A stretch of 64,000 nucleotides of DNA from Bigelowiella natans CCMP2755 (taxonomy: Eukaryota > Protista > Cercozoa), in the NCBI GenBank assembly GCA_000320545.1, contig ADNK01001985.1, forward strand, positions 29,166 to 93,165, read 5' to 3'. How positions within the stretch are numbered: the first letter of the stretch is position 1; every line of letters starts with the position of its first letter. Made by a program: the position numbers and the translations under genes. The notes under the pieces are model-generated. The model saw nothing but the letters and a program-made list of their open reading frames with translations. It had not been told where the DNA came from and searched no databases. Below are positions 1-13,672 of this stretch, piece by piece.

Positions 1-1099
1 TCCATTTGCGACAAAGGTGGGGTAGGCACCATGCGGTTGATGGGAATGCATGAGTTGAGTTAAGCTTTGCAGGTCAAAAATCCTCAGAGCGAATTGATCG
101 AACCCGCGGTGAATGGAACTTTAAATGTTATGCGGTGTGCTTTGAAGTCCGGCGTCCCTCGAATGGTAGAGTAGTAAGCAGTAGTAATAGTAGTAGTAGT
201 AGTCGAAAGCAGCTAATATCTTGTAGATTGCCATAACTTACTCAATTAGCATGCGTGTCAATGAACCTAGGTTGTGACATCCTCCACTGCAGCTATTGGA
301 CCGCCGCAAAATGATGCGGATAAGCTTCCTGCAGATAAAGCTTTCACAGAAGATGATTGGAATCGAGACTCCACCGTCGAAAATGGGCCGTACGTTCTCT
401 CTAAAATTAACTTCTTGAAGAAGCATATTAAAATGCTTCCTTGGTTCGATGTCTGGTTATAATGGCAATGGCGATCATCACCGTAAAATCAGCAAACATA
501 ACCCAAAGGTACCGATTGAGCAAAAGGCTAGCCGAGGAAGCTGCTTGGGAGTTTACCAAGAAAAATCCAATGGTTATCTCCTGCCCTATCATCCTTTATA
601 ATATATTGTATTTATTACAACAACACACGTATATAATAACTCTCAGATTTGTTTGAGTGTCATCAATCCCTCATTTGTCATTGGCCCACCGGTGTTGAAG
701 AGAGCTACTGGTGTAAGCGTCGGAACGTTTGTTTCCATGCTGGTTTGTACACCATACGAATACAGACGTGACGAACAAACCAATAGATTTAAGAGTTCAT
801 CGTCGGTGATCAAAGTCAAGGATTTTGTTGATTGCTGTTGACAGAAAGGCGAACTAAAGAAAAAGGGAGTGCGCAGCAGCTGCTTCGGTGCAGTCGACGT
901 CCGTAAGTGCATCTACCGTTACAGCTTATTGCCAAACATTCGTGCTATATATCATTTTTGCTATTTGTATGAATTCATCAGGTGACGTAGCTGAGGCGCA
1001 TATTCGAGCATTCGAAAGCAAAGAGGCAATTGGAAAGCGCTTTCTGGTCAGCAGTGAGCAAAGTTATTCGCAGCTCGACTTTGCCGATATACTTCGAGG

Positions 1100-1132
<33 letters not shown>

Positions 1133-1466
1133 GACAACTACTTACTACTGCACTTCAGATTTTACTTTTATCATGATTATAATGAGTGAGTGTAATAATA
1201 TGTAACAGGTCGCGCAGAGTTCCAACGATTTGATCTTCCAGGGCATCTTAGTAGTCCGATTCGATACCGTCCAAGATACAGTCATGCACGTGCAGAGAAC
1301 TTGCTGGGGCTCAAATTTAGGTTGTGGGATCCACCGCGTTCCCTTATTGTCTTTTTCGTTGAATTTAACATGGATCTGCCAAATGCTAAACAGGAAAATT
1401 GAGGAATCTGTTGTGGACATGGCAAACAAGCTAATATCTAGCGGCATGGTAGATTGTCCGCAATAG
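1..1466 (+). CDS. NAD-dependent epimerase/dehydratase, dihydroflavonol reductase / cinnamoyl-CoA reductase-like (5' end outside window, multi-exon)
   Basis: Spliced exons give ELIEPAVNGTLNVMRCA, VVTSSTAAI, FTEDDWN, catalytic YRLSKRLAEEAAW (YxxxK), VINPSFVIGP and VDVRDVAEAHIRAFE. GT-AG introns. Stop TAG ends at 1466. Confidence 0.9.
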
Positions 1467-1499
1467 CAGAGATGGTGTTTTTAAGGAAGAATGCAATAA

Positions 1500-2220
1500 A
1501 GTCCTACACATATGTGTCACTAGTAACAATGCGTATGATACGATGTACATACGCAACAGCGCGCATCTATGTAATGATGTGTGCGTGTGTGCGAACTGTA
1601 CAATCGCATCTATGAGACGGATGTAATGAATTAATTAAATCTTTTCAATGGTCATCCTGTGTGCTACGACAAACGTGTGCGCACAGATGCACATGCAGCG
1701 GGCACTACGGCGGCTCTGCAACAAGCACTGCCTTGATTAATTGTCACTTTTGAGCATCTGCACAGCAGTGCATGTGCGTGTGTATAATAGGTGTGTGCCT
1801 AGCTAGACACGATTAGACGAACGGCGCGGTCAGTTGTTGCATGCGCATGCATACATGAAAACACAGCTGCGCACATCGCAAACATCTAAACATGTACGCT
1901 ATACGCTGCACTAGAACGTGCAATGACAACAAGATAGCACAGTAGGTCGATCATCTGCTAGATAGTCATGCAAATGCATAGCAGCAACGTCTAGACGTAC
2001 TTGCTAATCAACAATCGTATATACCAATAACTATTTGTCACCTGCGTGCAGACTTGCATGCTAGATCGCATCGAAGCATTCTAACGGACAGTTACCAGCG
2101 CTTGCATGCGATTAGCAGGAACTACAGCATGGCGTGTGGTGGACGATTGACGTAACATGTCCAGATGCCTGATGTGTAGCACAGGCAGGCTAGCATGCAG
2201 GGCATGTAAACGGTAGAATT
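1500..2220. repeat. Degenerate repeat-derived tract rich in CTAG/GCATGC/TGCA palindromes, in a convergent spacer
   Basis: No ORF, dense short palindromes. Contains a 40-bp segment (1617-1656) that matches 49422-49461 at 35/40. Confidence 0.55.
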
Positions 2221-2375
2221 ACTGTTTCAACGACTTGTTCGAAATACATTTATCTTATAATTCTAATCACGGTATATCATCGGCTGTAACTGGCATTCTG
2301 TGCTCGAAATGGTATCTCTTGCCGTAGGTTACATCCCACGGTTGCAAGCTGTAAATGTGTGTATGTTCCCTTGGT

Positions 2376-3040
2376 CTAAAGCCGCGTAAACGACAAAGTT
2401 TTGGTGACGGAATTCATGTATTTTACTTCCGGTTTGAACCCTAAAAAAACAATGTTTGTAAGAAAAGGTTCCAACTATTCGAAATTCGTTTGCAAATACC
2501 TTCCTCACTCAGCATTTGACCAAAGTTTTCTTTGATGTACGATGGATACCACGGTTCGTTCAATCTGAAAAAATATTTATTTCACGGTTGAGTGAATCCT
2601 GCCAAGCACCTTCACACACACGCACGCGCGAAGCTCGCGCGTTAATTCATCAATGGTGCTACTTCTCAAAGTTTCCGAGACTTTCGTCCAGAGCTAGTCT
2701 ATCCCTGATGATAGTGGTGAGAGTGGTGGGGGGGGAAGAGAGAAGAGGAAAATGAGGAGGAGGGGGAGGAGGAGAAGTATGAAATAATGTTGGGAGACAG
2801 TCTTATTTGTGAGCAACAAGCAAGATCGGGGACGAAGTGCAAATAAAGGGATGCATTGTTCATTAGCAGTCACTAATACTACTTTACTCGTATAACTACT
2901 ACTACTACTACTACTACTACTAGCAATAGAGCTTTTACGGTATTATCTCGTTACCCCAGCTGAACCGAGTCTGTAAGAATAAAAGTCCCCCCTGGCTTCA
3001 GTACACGTGCGACCTCTTTCACCACCTACAAAGATCACCA

Positions 3041-3073
<33 letters not shown>

Positions 3074-3685
3074 ATTATTATTATTATTATTACGCGAATG
3101 ATATTGTTACATGCTCACCATGTCAGTCAGGCAATCGGACAACAATTCAGCCACATATCATGAAATCATGGCTATGTGCCCTCGAGGGAGGGAGGGAGGG
3201 AGGGAGGGAGGGAGGGAGGAGGGGGACGGACAGGCAGCATTGGCGTGCAAACGGTGACTACTCATCATCCGATTGATTACGTACTTTTCGACGAGCTTCA
3301 GGCGGAAGTTCGTGGAAAAGATACACGGATATCACACAATCCTGAGACGCATCTTCTACTCCAAGTGCCTGCTCACATAAAACCACATACGGTGTGTGAC
3401 CACATCATATAAAATCATCACCATCACCATCACTGTCACCACCATTCTACCCTTCTGAACATATCATTTCCCAACTCATCATCGTTACAGAATCGACTTT
3501 GCTAGGTACCATTACCTCTGCTGCACTCTGGATGAAACGGGTGGGGCTATTATTCGTCGTTGTCTGCTTACTCAAAGAAGCCCAATACTTCATGTTTTCA
3601 CGAGCTTTCTCCAAGTAGAACGGGGAGAGATCGGACACTGTAAGATCCACCTTCAAGAGAGACCATGGTGCCGATAAATAAGTAA

Positions 3686-3723
<38 letters not shown>

Positions 3724-3924
3724 TGATAATGGCTGATCATTTCTTCGCAAAATGCTACTCACGGAACATCCTACGAAACGCGCGTATCAACAACATTTCA
3801 TGGTGTCTTCTGCCCTAATGCAACTACGATGTGTCTGATGACAATGGAGGGAACACACGCACGTTGGGAAATGAGTCTTTCAGGAACGTTGCAAATCGAC
3901 CGGTACCAGCTATCAAATGTGGTC

Positions 3925-3959
<35 letters not shown>

Positions 3960-6900
3960 GAGTACAAAAGCAACGTTAACACACTGTCTATTCATGTGAC
4001 TTTTGGAACATTTTGGCGTTGACAATCCAAATAAGAGCTGCAGTCGAAGCAGCATTATCTACATCATGTTACCTGCAATCTCTAATACTTTCGGAGGAAG
4101 AGTTGTGCTTTCTGTTTGTTTGTCCATAAATTCAGCGAATGGGACCAGCGTGGTTCTTTGCATTGAATCCTTGAAAATTATACTAACATGAGGTATTGCT
4201 AGATGATGATGATGATGATGATAATGGCGATGATTCCACAACACATACACACACACACACAAACACTCACGTAAAACTCAGGTGTCATAATTTCATTTTG
4301 GTTGAGCTACCTGCTTTCCAGAGAAGATTATTTCAGTCATGTGTTCGTATATCTCCGCAGAGTTCGAAGACATCCATCCATCGGTCTGGTAAAATAAACT
4401 CATCCTTACATTTCTTTTATTCATCATCTCTGAGAAGAGCGAGGTTTATTGTTTATACACGTACAATGAAAACTGTCGGGGGGTGGGGGGGGGGAGATTC
4501 GCGATGATGAAGTTTTTAACTAACTGCTGCAAGATCTGTTTCCATTTGATTTGGCAATAATGTGTGTTTGCCATGACGATAATGATGATCATGATGATGA
4601 GTGTGGGTGGCAGTAAATTTTTCATCCCTTCTGAAATACCTGAAAATGGAACGTCTTTCGGTAGTAGTCGGGATATAGCTGCTTGTCATCAGTGATCCAC
4701 ACATCCGTATCAGCGGTTCCCTCATCAGATAACCTCTTTTTCTAATTGGGATGGGAGAGAGAGAAGGGGAGGGGGGGGGGAGTGTCAGGAACACACACAC
4801 ACACACACACACATACAATATGTGTTTGTGTGTGTGTGTGTGTGATACAGTGTAGTACTACCGTTGTTGATTCGACAATCTGTTTATGGTGGTGCAAATA
4901 GCACGCACACTCTCTAAGACATTCATCATAATCACTAGTGGTAGCAGTAGTGGTAGCAGTAGTTAGTAGCAGTAGTAAGTAGTAGTGGACGTAGTGCTAG
5001 TAGTATTACGAGAATGTTCGACATCTCTGCCATTGCCTTTTGTGTCAATGAACCCAGGAACCTGTGTATGTGTGTGTGTGTTCGTGTATGAGTAAGAGCT
5101 GCTAGACGTAGGCGATAGAAGAAAAAGAAGAACAAAATATGGGGACTAAAGAACGTAGACAGTACAGTAACGAGAGCGGTAGAAAGAGGCACCATGGCAT
5201 GACCGAACTGCTTTTCATGATGGCTAATATTAATTCAAACCGTGGATTGAACTGGCGATGTCTCGGGTTCATATCATAGGGCATCTTGAACTTTCCTTCG
5301 TGGATCTGCATCATCATGTAAGTTATTGAGGTGTCCACTCTCTTTGGAGAATGATACAACGAAAGAGAGAACTACCCATTTCAGATTCCATAGCTGTGTG
5401 TTGATAACATCGCGTTGAACGTTTCCCAGTAACCTGCCAAGAGAGAAGTAGCAGCATTTAATCACCAAGGAGAGGAAGTGAAGATGATACGATAACAAGC
5501 TACCGTAAGAAGACAACCCTAACCATTTATACTTCCCCTGTGTGTTTGATTATTGCGGTTATTTTCACGACGTAGTAGTACCCTCCGTTTGCATCCGAAG
5601 TGCTTTTCAAAAGATCGCTCGTGAAGTCCGAGGGCGCAGAGCCCTGCGTTTGGGAATACAAGGCTCCGAGTACGGCTGTTCCGACAAAGAAGCCTGTTCG
5701 CCCCAGAGAATACGCCCAATATGCTGCATCCTGGGGGGTCTTGATACTTTCGCGAATCTGTTGGGATGGATCATCATGATTTTAAGAAAACAAGATCTTA
5801 TGATGTAAACTACTCAGAAGAGATCCAGGTTAGAGTTTATAGCTAAAGCTGGACTTCTCGCAAAATCCAGGTTCGCTTGCAACCTTAGAGAAGAGCTCTT
5901 CGGTCGTATCGCTGGTTTTAGGATCAAAAGGCTGCCAAAAACTAGCTGACTCATCAAATTGAAACCATTCTTTGTCCACCACGCCCGGCCGTTCCTTTAC
6001 GATAATATTAGGTTCATATGAAGATGTTGTTGTTGTTGAGGAGGGGGGTGAGGGTGGGTATCCTAGACGCAAGTGCCGGATAATTGCATGTTTTCCAGCC
6101 TAGATCACTAAAATGCTAAATGTTACATTCTCTGGCATGAGGTTCGCTTGAATTCCAGCAGAAAGAGGATGCTTTGTCCCTTGCATCACGGTACCAGCAA
6201 TGCTTGATGGTTGACCCCCCGCCACGCCATCAACCACGCTTGATCTTGGAATATGACTATATTTGAGATTCTGTGGATTTCCCTCGCAAATGGTCCGAAC
6301 AGAGGGATTATTCAAGGGCAGCAGCCTCTTTCTCGTTCGAAAGACGACAGAAGAAGGAGCAGATTTGCGAAGAGTTTGCAAATCCCTACCCAGGCAAGGA
6401 CTCCTTCCACAGGATGACGATGTCTGTTTACGAATAAAAATATACTTCAGGCTTACAAATGTGAGTAAGTTACCAAGAAATCGCAACAACGCTTGGATTA
6501 GTGCTGCTACCCTGAAAATTGTTGGGATCATCATAAATGCCCCGAAGGTTACTACTAGCACTGCAGCCATGCTGATTTGAACCATACGATTCATGTTGAT
6601 AGTCCTGAATCGATTTTCCTGAGGATGCGAATTTGAATGATACTTCTACAGGAAAAGAAATAATTTCACCGCTGTGGATGTCACTGGTACGATTCGTATG
6701 ATTTCGGAGACGCAATTACCTTTTTCCTCGTTCTGCAACGAGTCCGCGTTGTTCTTGTCTTCTTCAGGGATAACACCCCTCCCTGTTCGTATCGACGGAA
6801 GAGGTTCGACGACGGTGCTCGGCTCTCGATCCTTTCGGGTAGATGATCTAGCTGTCTTTTGTGCAGGAAACAATGCCTATTCTTCCCTGCGACACGAAAT

Positions 6901-7032
6901 TAGAAAGAAGCGGATCCAAAAATATCCTTCACAATTCAGTGGTCTGTAATTGACGGTGATAAGAGGAAAAGATGGAGGCCAATTCTTCCTTGCGTCTTGT
7001 GCGTCGAGCGGGGATTTGTGGTCCGACGGCAT
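2376..7032 (-). CDS. Class I SAM-dependent methyltransferase (Methyltransf_11/25-like, algal/cyanobacterial type), probably plastid-targeted
   Basis: Exons give DAAYWAYSLGRTGFF, MPYDMNPRHRQFNP, LYPDYYRKTFHFQTDGW, motif I VLEIAAGTGRF, VSDLSPFYLEKAR, SVYLFHELP, TDSVQLGDR and NEPWYPSY, ending SVTKTLSFTRL* at 2376. Hydrophobic segment MNRMVQISMAAVLVVTFGAFMMI is followed by an S/R-rich transit-like region. Start is 7032, or 6594. Confidence 0.85.
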
Positions 7033-7211
7033 TGTTATTGTTGTTATTGTTGTTGTTTTGATGATGGTGATAACAACCTGGATATTTCCAAATTAAAATT
7101 TCCTAATTCTCACCCCCCCCTCCGAAGCGCATAAGCGAGAACCCGTGAGAAGGAGCTCAAGATAACAACCTATTGTTCGAAAGCGAGCAACAGTAACTTC
7201 TTGCAGCGGAC
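7033..7211. promoter_or_regulatory. Putative compact bidirectional promoter (methyltransferase / IMP4)
   Basis: About 180 bp between divergent ATGs. Inferred from geometry only. Confidence 0.5.
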
Positions 7212-8835
7212 ATGATCAGGCGCAATATCCGTTTGCGGCGAGAATACCTTTACAGGAAAAGCCTGGAAGGAAAGGAGCGCTCTGAATATGAGAAGAAGAG
7301 ACAAATTAGGAAGGTGTGATAACTAATGACCAGACAGTAATAATGCTCATCGGATGAGCAGAATACCCTGAATGATATTCACTAGGCTTTGGAAGAAGGC
7401 AAGGCCATGCCTACGGAACTGCGAAATGAGACGGATCAGCTCATGGACAACATTGGCTTCGATGATGAGCGTACAAAAGGTTTGAATCATTGACGATACC
7501 TGGACGCCCGTGATAACAAAGTTTCCGTCCATATTTCCCAGAGATGAGATCTACAATAGACGATGAGTATGCTAGCGCAGGAGTTGCAGGTATTATTTTC
7601 AGTGGTTGTGGTGCTTGTGGGAATGCTACCTCACAATCACACATATACCTATACCATTCACACCGTGGAAAATTTGTAATAACACATGTATTATTCATGC
7701 ACTTTCGTCAAATTTGGCTAAGAAATTTTGATATCGTGCGATGTCATGGCTGCAGACCCGAAGATTCTGCTGACGACATCCCACCATCCATCCTCGCGGC
7801 TTTCACAATTTGCGAAAGAGCTTAAGCTAGTGTTCCCTAATACACAGAGACTGAACCGGTCACAGCTATACATTTTCCATTCTCAGCCATACTTTTATTG
7901 TGCATGGAGACAATAAGCTTTGGCTAATGCATCTCATAAACCTTGCTCAGCGGGAAAACGCAGATAAAGGAACTAATGGATGCAGCACGAGCAAATGACG
8001 TCACGGACGTGATTATAGTCCATGAGACAAGAGGTGCACCGGATGGCATGATAATTTCCCACATGCCATACGGCCCTACAGCCTACTTTGGGTTGAGTGG
8101 AGTGATTTTAAGACATGATATACAGGTAGTAGATAATAATACACCGTCATCACCTAAGAAGACACACATGCACATAGCCTCAACCACACAAAATGATGTT
8201 GTTCACATTACACAATCCCACCTGCTACTACTACTACTACTACTACTACTACTGCAATTTCTTTTACTATTGCTAATAATAGTGCTACTACATTATTATT
8301 CTAGGATAAGGAAATAGGGCCGATGTCAGAGGCGTATCCCCATCTAGTAATGCCTCATTTCAGCTCAAATTTGGGCCTTCGAGTGAAGACCATCCTCAAG
8401 TATCTCTTCCCGGTATATGAAGAAGAAGAAGAAGAAAAATAAGAAGAAGAAAAGAAGAAGAAGAAGAAGAAGAAGAAGAAGAAGAAGAAGAGCGTGCTAT
8501 TATGCAATTCATGCATGTGGGGAAAGACTCGTATGGTCCTAGTTATGAGTCAGCATGAATAAAACGTATCATATATGTACTCACAAGGTACATCATTTTA
8601 AATATGCTGTTGGATATTGCCAAGGTTCCCAAGGCAGATTCCAGGAGAGTTATCACCTTTGCAAATGTCAATGACCAAATATCATTCCGTCACCATACGT
8701 ACAAGAAGCCCAGCCACAAAGAAGTAGATCTGCAAGAGGTATTAAACTTGCGTGAACAGCAATAGCCAACGATAATCTCTCCGACTGTCATGAGTGTGTT
8801 GAAAAGGATCATACAACAACAATTTAAAATCATAT

Positions 8836-8884
<49 letters not shown>

Positions 8885-9227
8885 TTGTATATACATGTGT
8901 GTGTGTGTGTGTGTGTGCGTGTGTATTACGGTATATGTTCTCTCACACAACACACCCAAACACAAACACAAGCAAGGCGCGCACAAAGGCTGAAGGTATG
9001 CATCATCATTTAGGCTGGACCTCGATTTGAAATGAAACTATACCAAATCAAACTGGGAACTCATGAAATGCGTGAGGCGGATGATGAATGGGTTCTAAGG
9101 TGCGTGCATAGAGATTTGCTGAGATCTTCATTAATGATATTTAACAGTACTCTTCTAATGTCTCCTTTATTCATTTCTACTATTCAGGCCGTACATGAAC
9201 ACTGCAAAGAAGCGCCGAATACTATAG
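7212..9227 (+). CDS. IMP4: U3 snoRNP protein IMP4 (Brix domain)
   Basis: [104 protein letters not shown] and [17 protein letters not shown]. Confidence 0.96.
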
Positions 9228-9471
9228 CTACTTGGAGCATGTGGATTTCCTCTTGCTAGCTTGGCTCTTACTTTGCGCCGGTATCTGCGACAACTGGAAC
9301 AGCATCTTGTACTTTGTGTCATCCCATTTTCGCGATTCAAGAGCATCGTCATGTTGTCAAATGTGCCCAATGACTGACATGTTCACCAATGTTCGCACCA
9401 TATGTACATGACAAAGTGAGTAACAATGGTCCATCAACTTGATGAAGTGATCATTGCGGCTGTGGCACTGC

Positions 9472-9780
9472 TTTAGTCGGCCAAAAAGGTTGATTGTCAC
9501 GCTATACGTACATTGTTACTGTGTCATTCTGCGCCAGGGAGAAACAGCACAGGATTGCGCCTCGATCAGCACATCTAGCTAGACACAGCGTGCATAGCAC
9601 AATGCATGGCTGCAACTTACGCGTAGCATATAGCTGCGTCAGCGATGCATGCAAGTCGATCGCCACACACATTATACATGTCGCTCTTCTTACTCTCTCG
9701 CACAATTAGTACGATGCACCGTTTGGCACTTGAAGCTCTTGCTCGTGTTAACAGATATTGCACCTCGTGTGCATACTTAC
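9472..9780 (+). repeat. Dispersed ~300 bp repeat, copy A (non-autonomous TE-like)
   Basis: Aligns end to end with the reverse complement of 15371-15649. Shared blocks include TTTAGTCGGCCAAAA, TCTGCGCCAG.GAGAAACAGCACAGGA, CACTTGAAGCTCTT and AGATATTGCACCTCG. Confidence 0.9.
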
Positions 9781-9933
9781 GTCTGACGTATTATACCTGT
9801 CTTAGAATGCACTAGAATGGATATTCATCCAGACACGAACTTACATTTACTAAACTGATCTATAAGGATCGGCCGGCTAGTATATAAGATTTGATGCCGC
9901 TTCTGCTACGGTATGCATAATCATATGCAGCAA

Positions 9934-10398
9934 CTATTGTCTCTTAGAATCCCAATGTTCGTGGTCTACTTCCTCGACCTGCAAGTACCTCTTTCCCTTG
10001 ACACTCACCCAATATACACAGCTTTTACACCTTCTCTCATTCCCCGTCATCGAGCGCTCCATGCTCCAGATCAGCCGTGCCTTCTCGAGCTGCCAACGTT
10101 TATCCGCCTCGTCACTAATCCGGGCATAGGTGTCCCCCATCTTGGCTATGAGCATGTTGACGAGGAGGACGGATAGAAGAACAACATAGATCAAAGCTAG
10201 GGAGGTAGTAAGCCTTCGGTAAGGCGCCAGTCGATACGTCTCCAGCTCAAAAGAGCCCAGCATTGCTGCAATACAGTACTCAACCTGATCTAGCAAGCCT
10301 TGATTGCCTTCGCCAACATTGACTCCCAGGAGGTGGAAGGATGTTGAAAATCCCCCAAGAAAAACGAACGCGATCATAAGGAACACTCCCTGGAAAGC

Positions 10399-10430
<32 letters not shown>

Positions 10431-11163
10431 ACGACTGGTTTGGACAACATTCGTGTTTGATGCAACGCTATCCCCAAGAAATCCCCCCCCCCCACCCCCC
10501 CCTCACTACCCCCTCATAATGCACGGGAACATACAACAATAAACGACTCAGTACTCACCATATCAGAGATGATCATGTTGTAGAGCATGATGACGTAGTG
10601 GCCGGTGAATCGAAAGCCAAGCAGCACCCAGAGGAGATTGAACCAGATCCCAAGGGACAATATCGAGAGGGCAGCATTTTCATCAATCACACTCCCACCA
10701 CTGATACGGCACCAGATTGCTATAAGAATTGAGAACATGCAAGCTAACGATGAAACGCTCTGGAGCTTTGCCACCCCGTGCCGCAGGACATGGTCCCGGA
10801 TGCTGTCGTGCATGTTCACCTCCCGTACATGCTTCCAAGTATTTCTGGAGGTGAGTGCCACCAGCAGGAGCTCAAACACAGCTCGAGCTCTTGATGAGCG
10901 TGGCAATAGAACCGCGATGAGGAAAACGATGATATATCCGATGGTACCCAGGGACTTTTTGACGAACTGGCGGCGTCCAAACGCCGCCCACTTTCTGTCT
11001 ACAAGGTCTTTGATCCGAAGAAGGGATATCAACTCAAGACGCTCTTGCAGGATCAGGTGCTCCAGAGCACCCCGTCTGCTAACACGCCATACACACAAAC
11101 ACACACACACACACAATTCACGAAACATGAATTAGGTAAAATTCGAATGAAACGTAGATGAGG

Positions 11164-11201
<38 letters not shown>

Positions 11202-12331
11202 TGATCATAATCAATTTGGCAAGCAAGCATGAGACACCACACCTACACATACACACATACACACATACACACACACACACGCTCTTACTTACACTTAACA
11301 CATAATTCACACCTTGTTGGATCTAATGGATCAAGTTCTTCCAAGTCGTATAAAGTGCATGTAACAGGTCCGTATTTCCAAAGCGTCTGCAAGAGGAGGA
11401 GGAGGAGGAAGAATAAGACGAAGACAAAGAAGAAGAAGAACTCAAATAAATTATGATAGCCCCTGCCGCGTCATCTCATCATCCAACGAAAATTAAAGAT
11501 GCAAGAAATTGAGGAGAGGCCACAGCAGCAGCGAATGATAAATGGGCTACCTGTCGGTTTGTTTCTAGGACGTGCTGAAACATTTCTTTAGATCCTACCG
11601 AAGCGGCGAGGGTCAAGCAAGATTCGCCCTTTGCGTTCCTCACCATGGACAAGTCGCTTCTTCGTTGGGGGAAGGGGGCATTGGAGGGGGTTTTGATAAT
11701 CTTTTGGCGGTTGGTCCATTCTTGCGCTAACAGGTCGTACATGTCCTTCATTCCTGCGGAATAGTTTTCCCATCAACATTGATACTGAATGCATGCGTAT
11801 AATTGTGCGTGAAGAATCGATCGATGACGTGCAGACAAGCAAGCAGACATACCGTGTATTACTGCCATGTGCATTGCTGTATTTCCGCAAAAATGATCTT
11901 GAGCCTCCATGTTAGCCTGAAGAAGGCAAACCATTGAACGATGACGACGACGATGATGACGACGGTGATTGTGATGATTATAACGGGTTCTTAGTCATGC
12001 ACAAATTGAGATGGATGTACTACAGACGAATATGCTATGTAGTGGCGTGAAGGCCTACTTACTACCTTTTTGTCGAGTAGGTAGAGCAAAATATCAGGCT
12101 GGTTCGTTGATACTGCGAAACTCAAAGGATACCCACCGTAATAGCACGGTTTGCCAGGAGAGAAGAAGTTGCCTTTAAAGGACGAGGTGGAGGGCAGTAG
12201 TTACATTCCATCACAATGTCACTACTACTACAACTGCTACAATTGTTAGAATCAAACGGTCAACCTGTGACTTCTTGGTGTAGCTGGTTTGGGCAAGCCT
12301 CAACCAACAGCTTTACCAGTTCTGAAAGAGT

Positions 12332-12369
<38 letters not shown>

Positions 12370-13316
12370 AATGCTGTTACTACTGGTGCCTATGGACTTA
12401 TTAGCAAGGCGAACACGCATGTTCCATTGCACTTACCGATGTTTTGGTTAACAATAGCGATGTGGAGACAGTTTTCACCCCGATATTCCGTCCTGGTCCA
12501 TATACATAGCAGTTAAAGGCATTGTTGGCCCTTATTATTATTATTCTTATTCTTATTATTCTTATTATTATTACTATTATCTGATTTTGCTTGCTTATGT
12601 TTGACGTATATTAGATATCAGTGCCTGCTGCCTCACCCGGTATATATGTCCTGGCAACGATGAGGATATGCTGTTATGAGCGATTTTGCTATCCTTAGGT
12701 GGTCGGGACCATTGTAAAGGCAAAGGAGGTGGAGGGGGGCCGCGCCGACTGAGTCTCTGGAACTGAATACATGCTCCTCCCCCACATCCTCGAGCAGTTT
12801 CATCAAAGCATCCTCTTTTGCATTCAGTAGCATATTGTGGATCTTAAAGCCAAAAGACAAACCGGGAATTAGGAGAATGGGCTTTTATACAAAGGGATAA
12901 GACAATATTGAATTTGATTTACCGTCCCCTCGCGGTGTGCCATTTCGCTTGCAGTCCGAGAACATATTTGCAGACCATATTCACAAACATTGCCAAATAC
13001 AAATTCGTCAGGTAATAAAAGATGCCACAGCAGCTGAAAATCAGTTATTGTCTTACGTCTGCTTTTCAACATTCGTGAGCAGTTGGTCTTGGTCACTTGT
13101 CGAGCGTTCCAAAGTCTCCACGAATCCGTCTTGGCACGGGATCTTCTCTTCTTCGTGATCTTCCGAATCAGCTGCTGGAGCCGACGAGTGCGAGGAGGAA
13201 ACCCTACTGTCTTGTCCGCTATTCCGGACGCGTTGGCGCTTCCTCCTCCGGGGCGAGGGCACACTTCGGACCGACGCCGACCGCGACCGTGTTCGGGGGC
13301 GGAGGGCGTAGCTCAT
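9934..13316 (-). CDS. Ankyrin-repeat TRP cation channel, TRPV-like
   Basis: Ankyrin repeats GAAPLHLL, GENCLHIAIV, YYGGYPLSFAVSTNQ, GNTAMHMAV and GESCLTLAA. TRPV-type WKYGPVTCTLYDLEELDP and LVDRKWAAFG. TM region with GFRFTGHYVIM. S6/TRP box LLVNMLIAKMGDTYARISDEADKRWQLEKAR. Confidence 0.88.
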
Positions 13317-13672
13317 GCCGAAAGTTGGTGATTGGCAGGAAGAAAATTATACCGAAAACATCTGTACTATTATTGGTGCGACACGAACATCGCTGTGTCG
13401 CAAGGCTTTTTCCCCGTTCGGGCACATGTCGTTGTTTGTATCGGTCAGATGTTGTTGTCGTAGGTTAGAAATAGGCTGTGTTTCGCTTTATTTTTACAGC
13501 CTACTGCTAGTTGCCTCAAAACCCAGCATCATGTCGAAGGATGAAAGGCGGTTCGCTGAGACGACAGTCTGAGTTTGATGCAATCCACGCCCAACTGATT
13601 GGTGCAATAGCTTAGAATCAATGATTTTTTCCTTCGGCTGAAGAGCTTCTTTGATCACACTATCGAAGAGCG

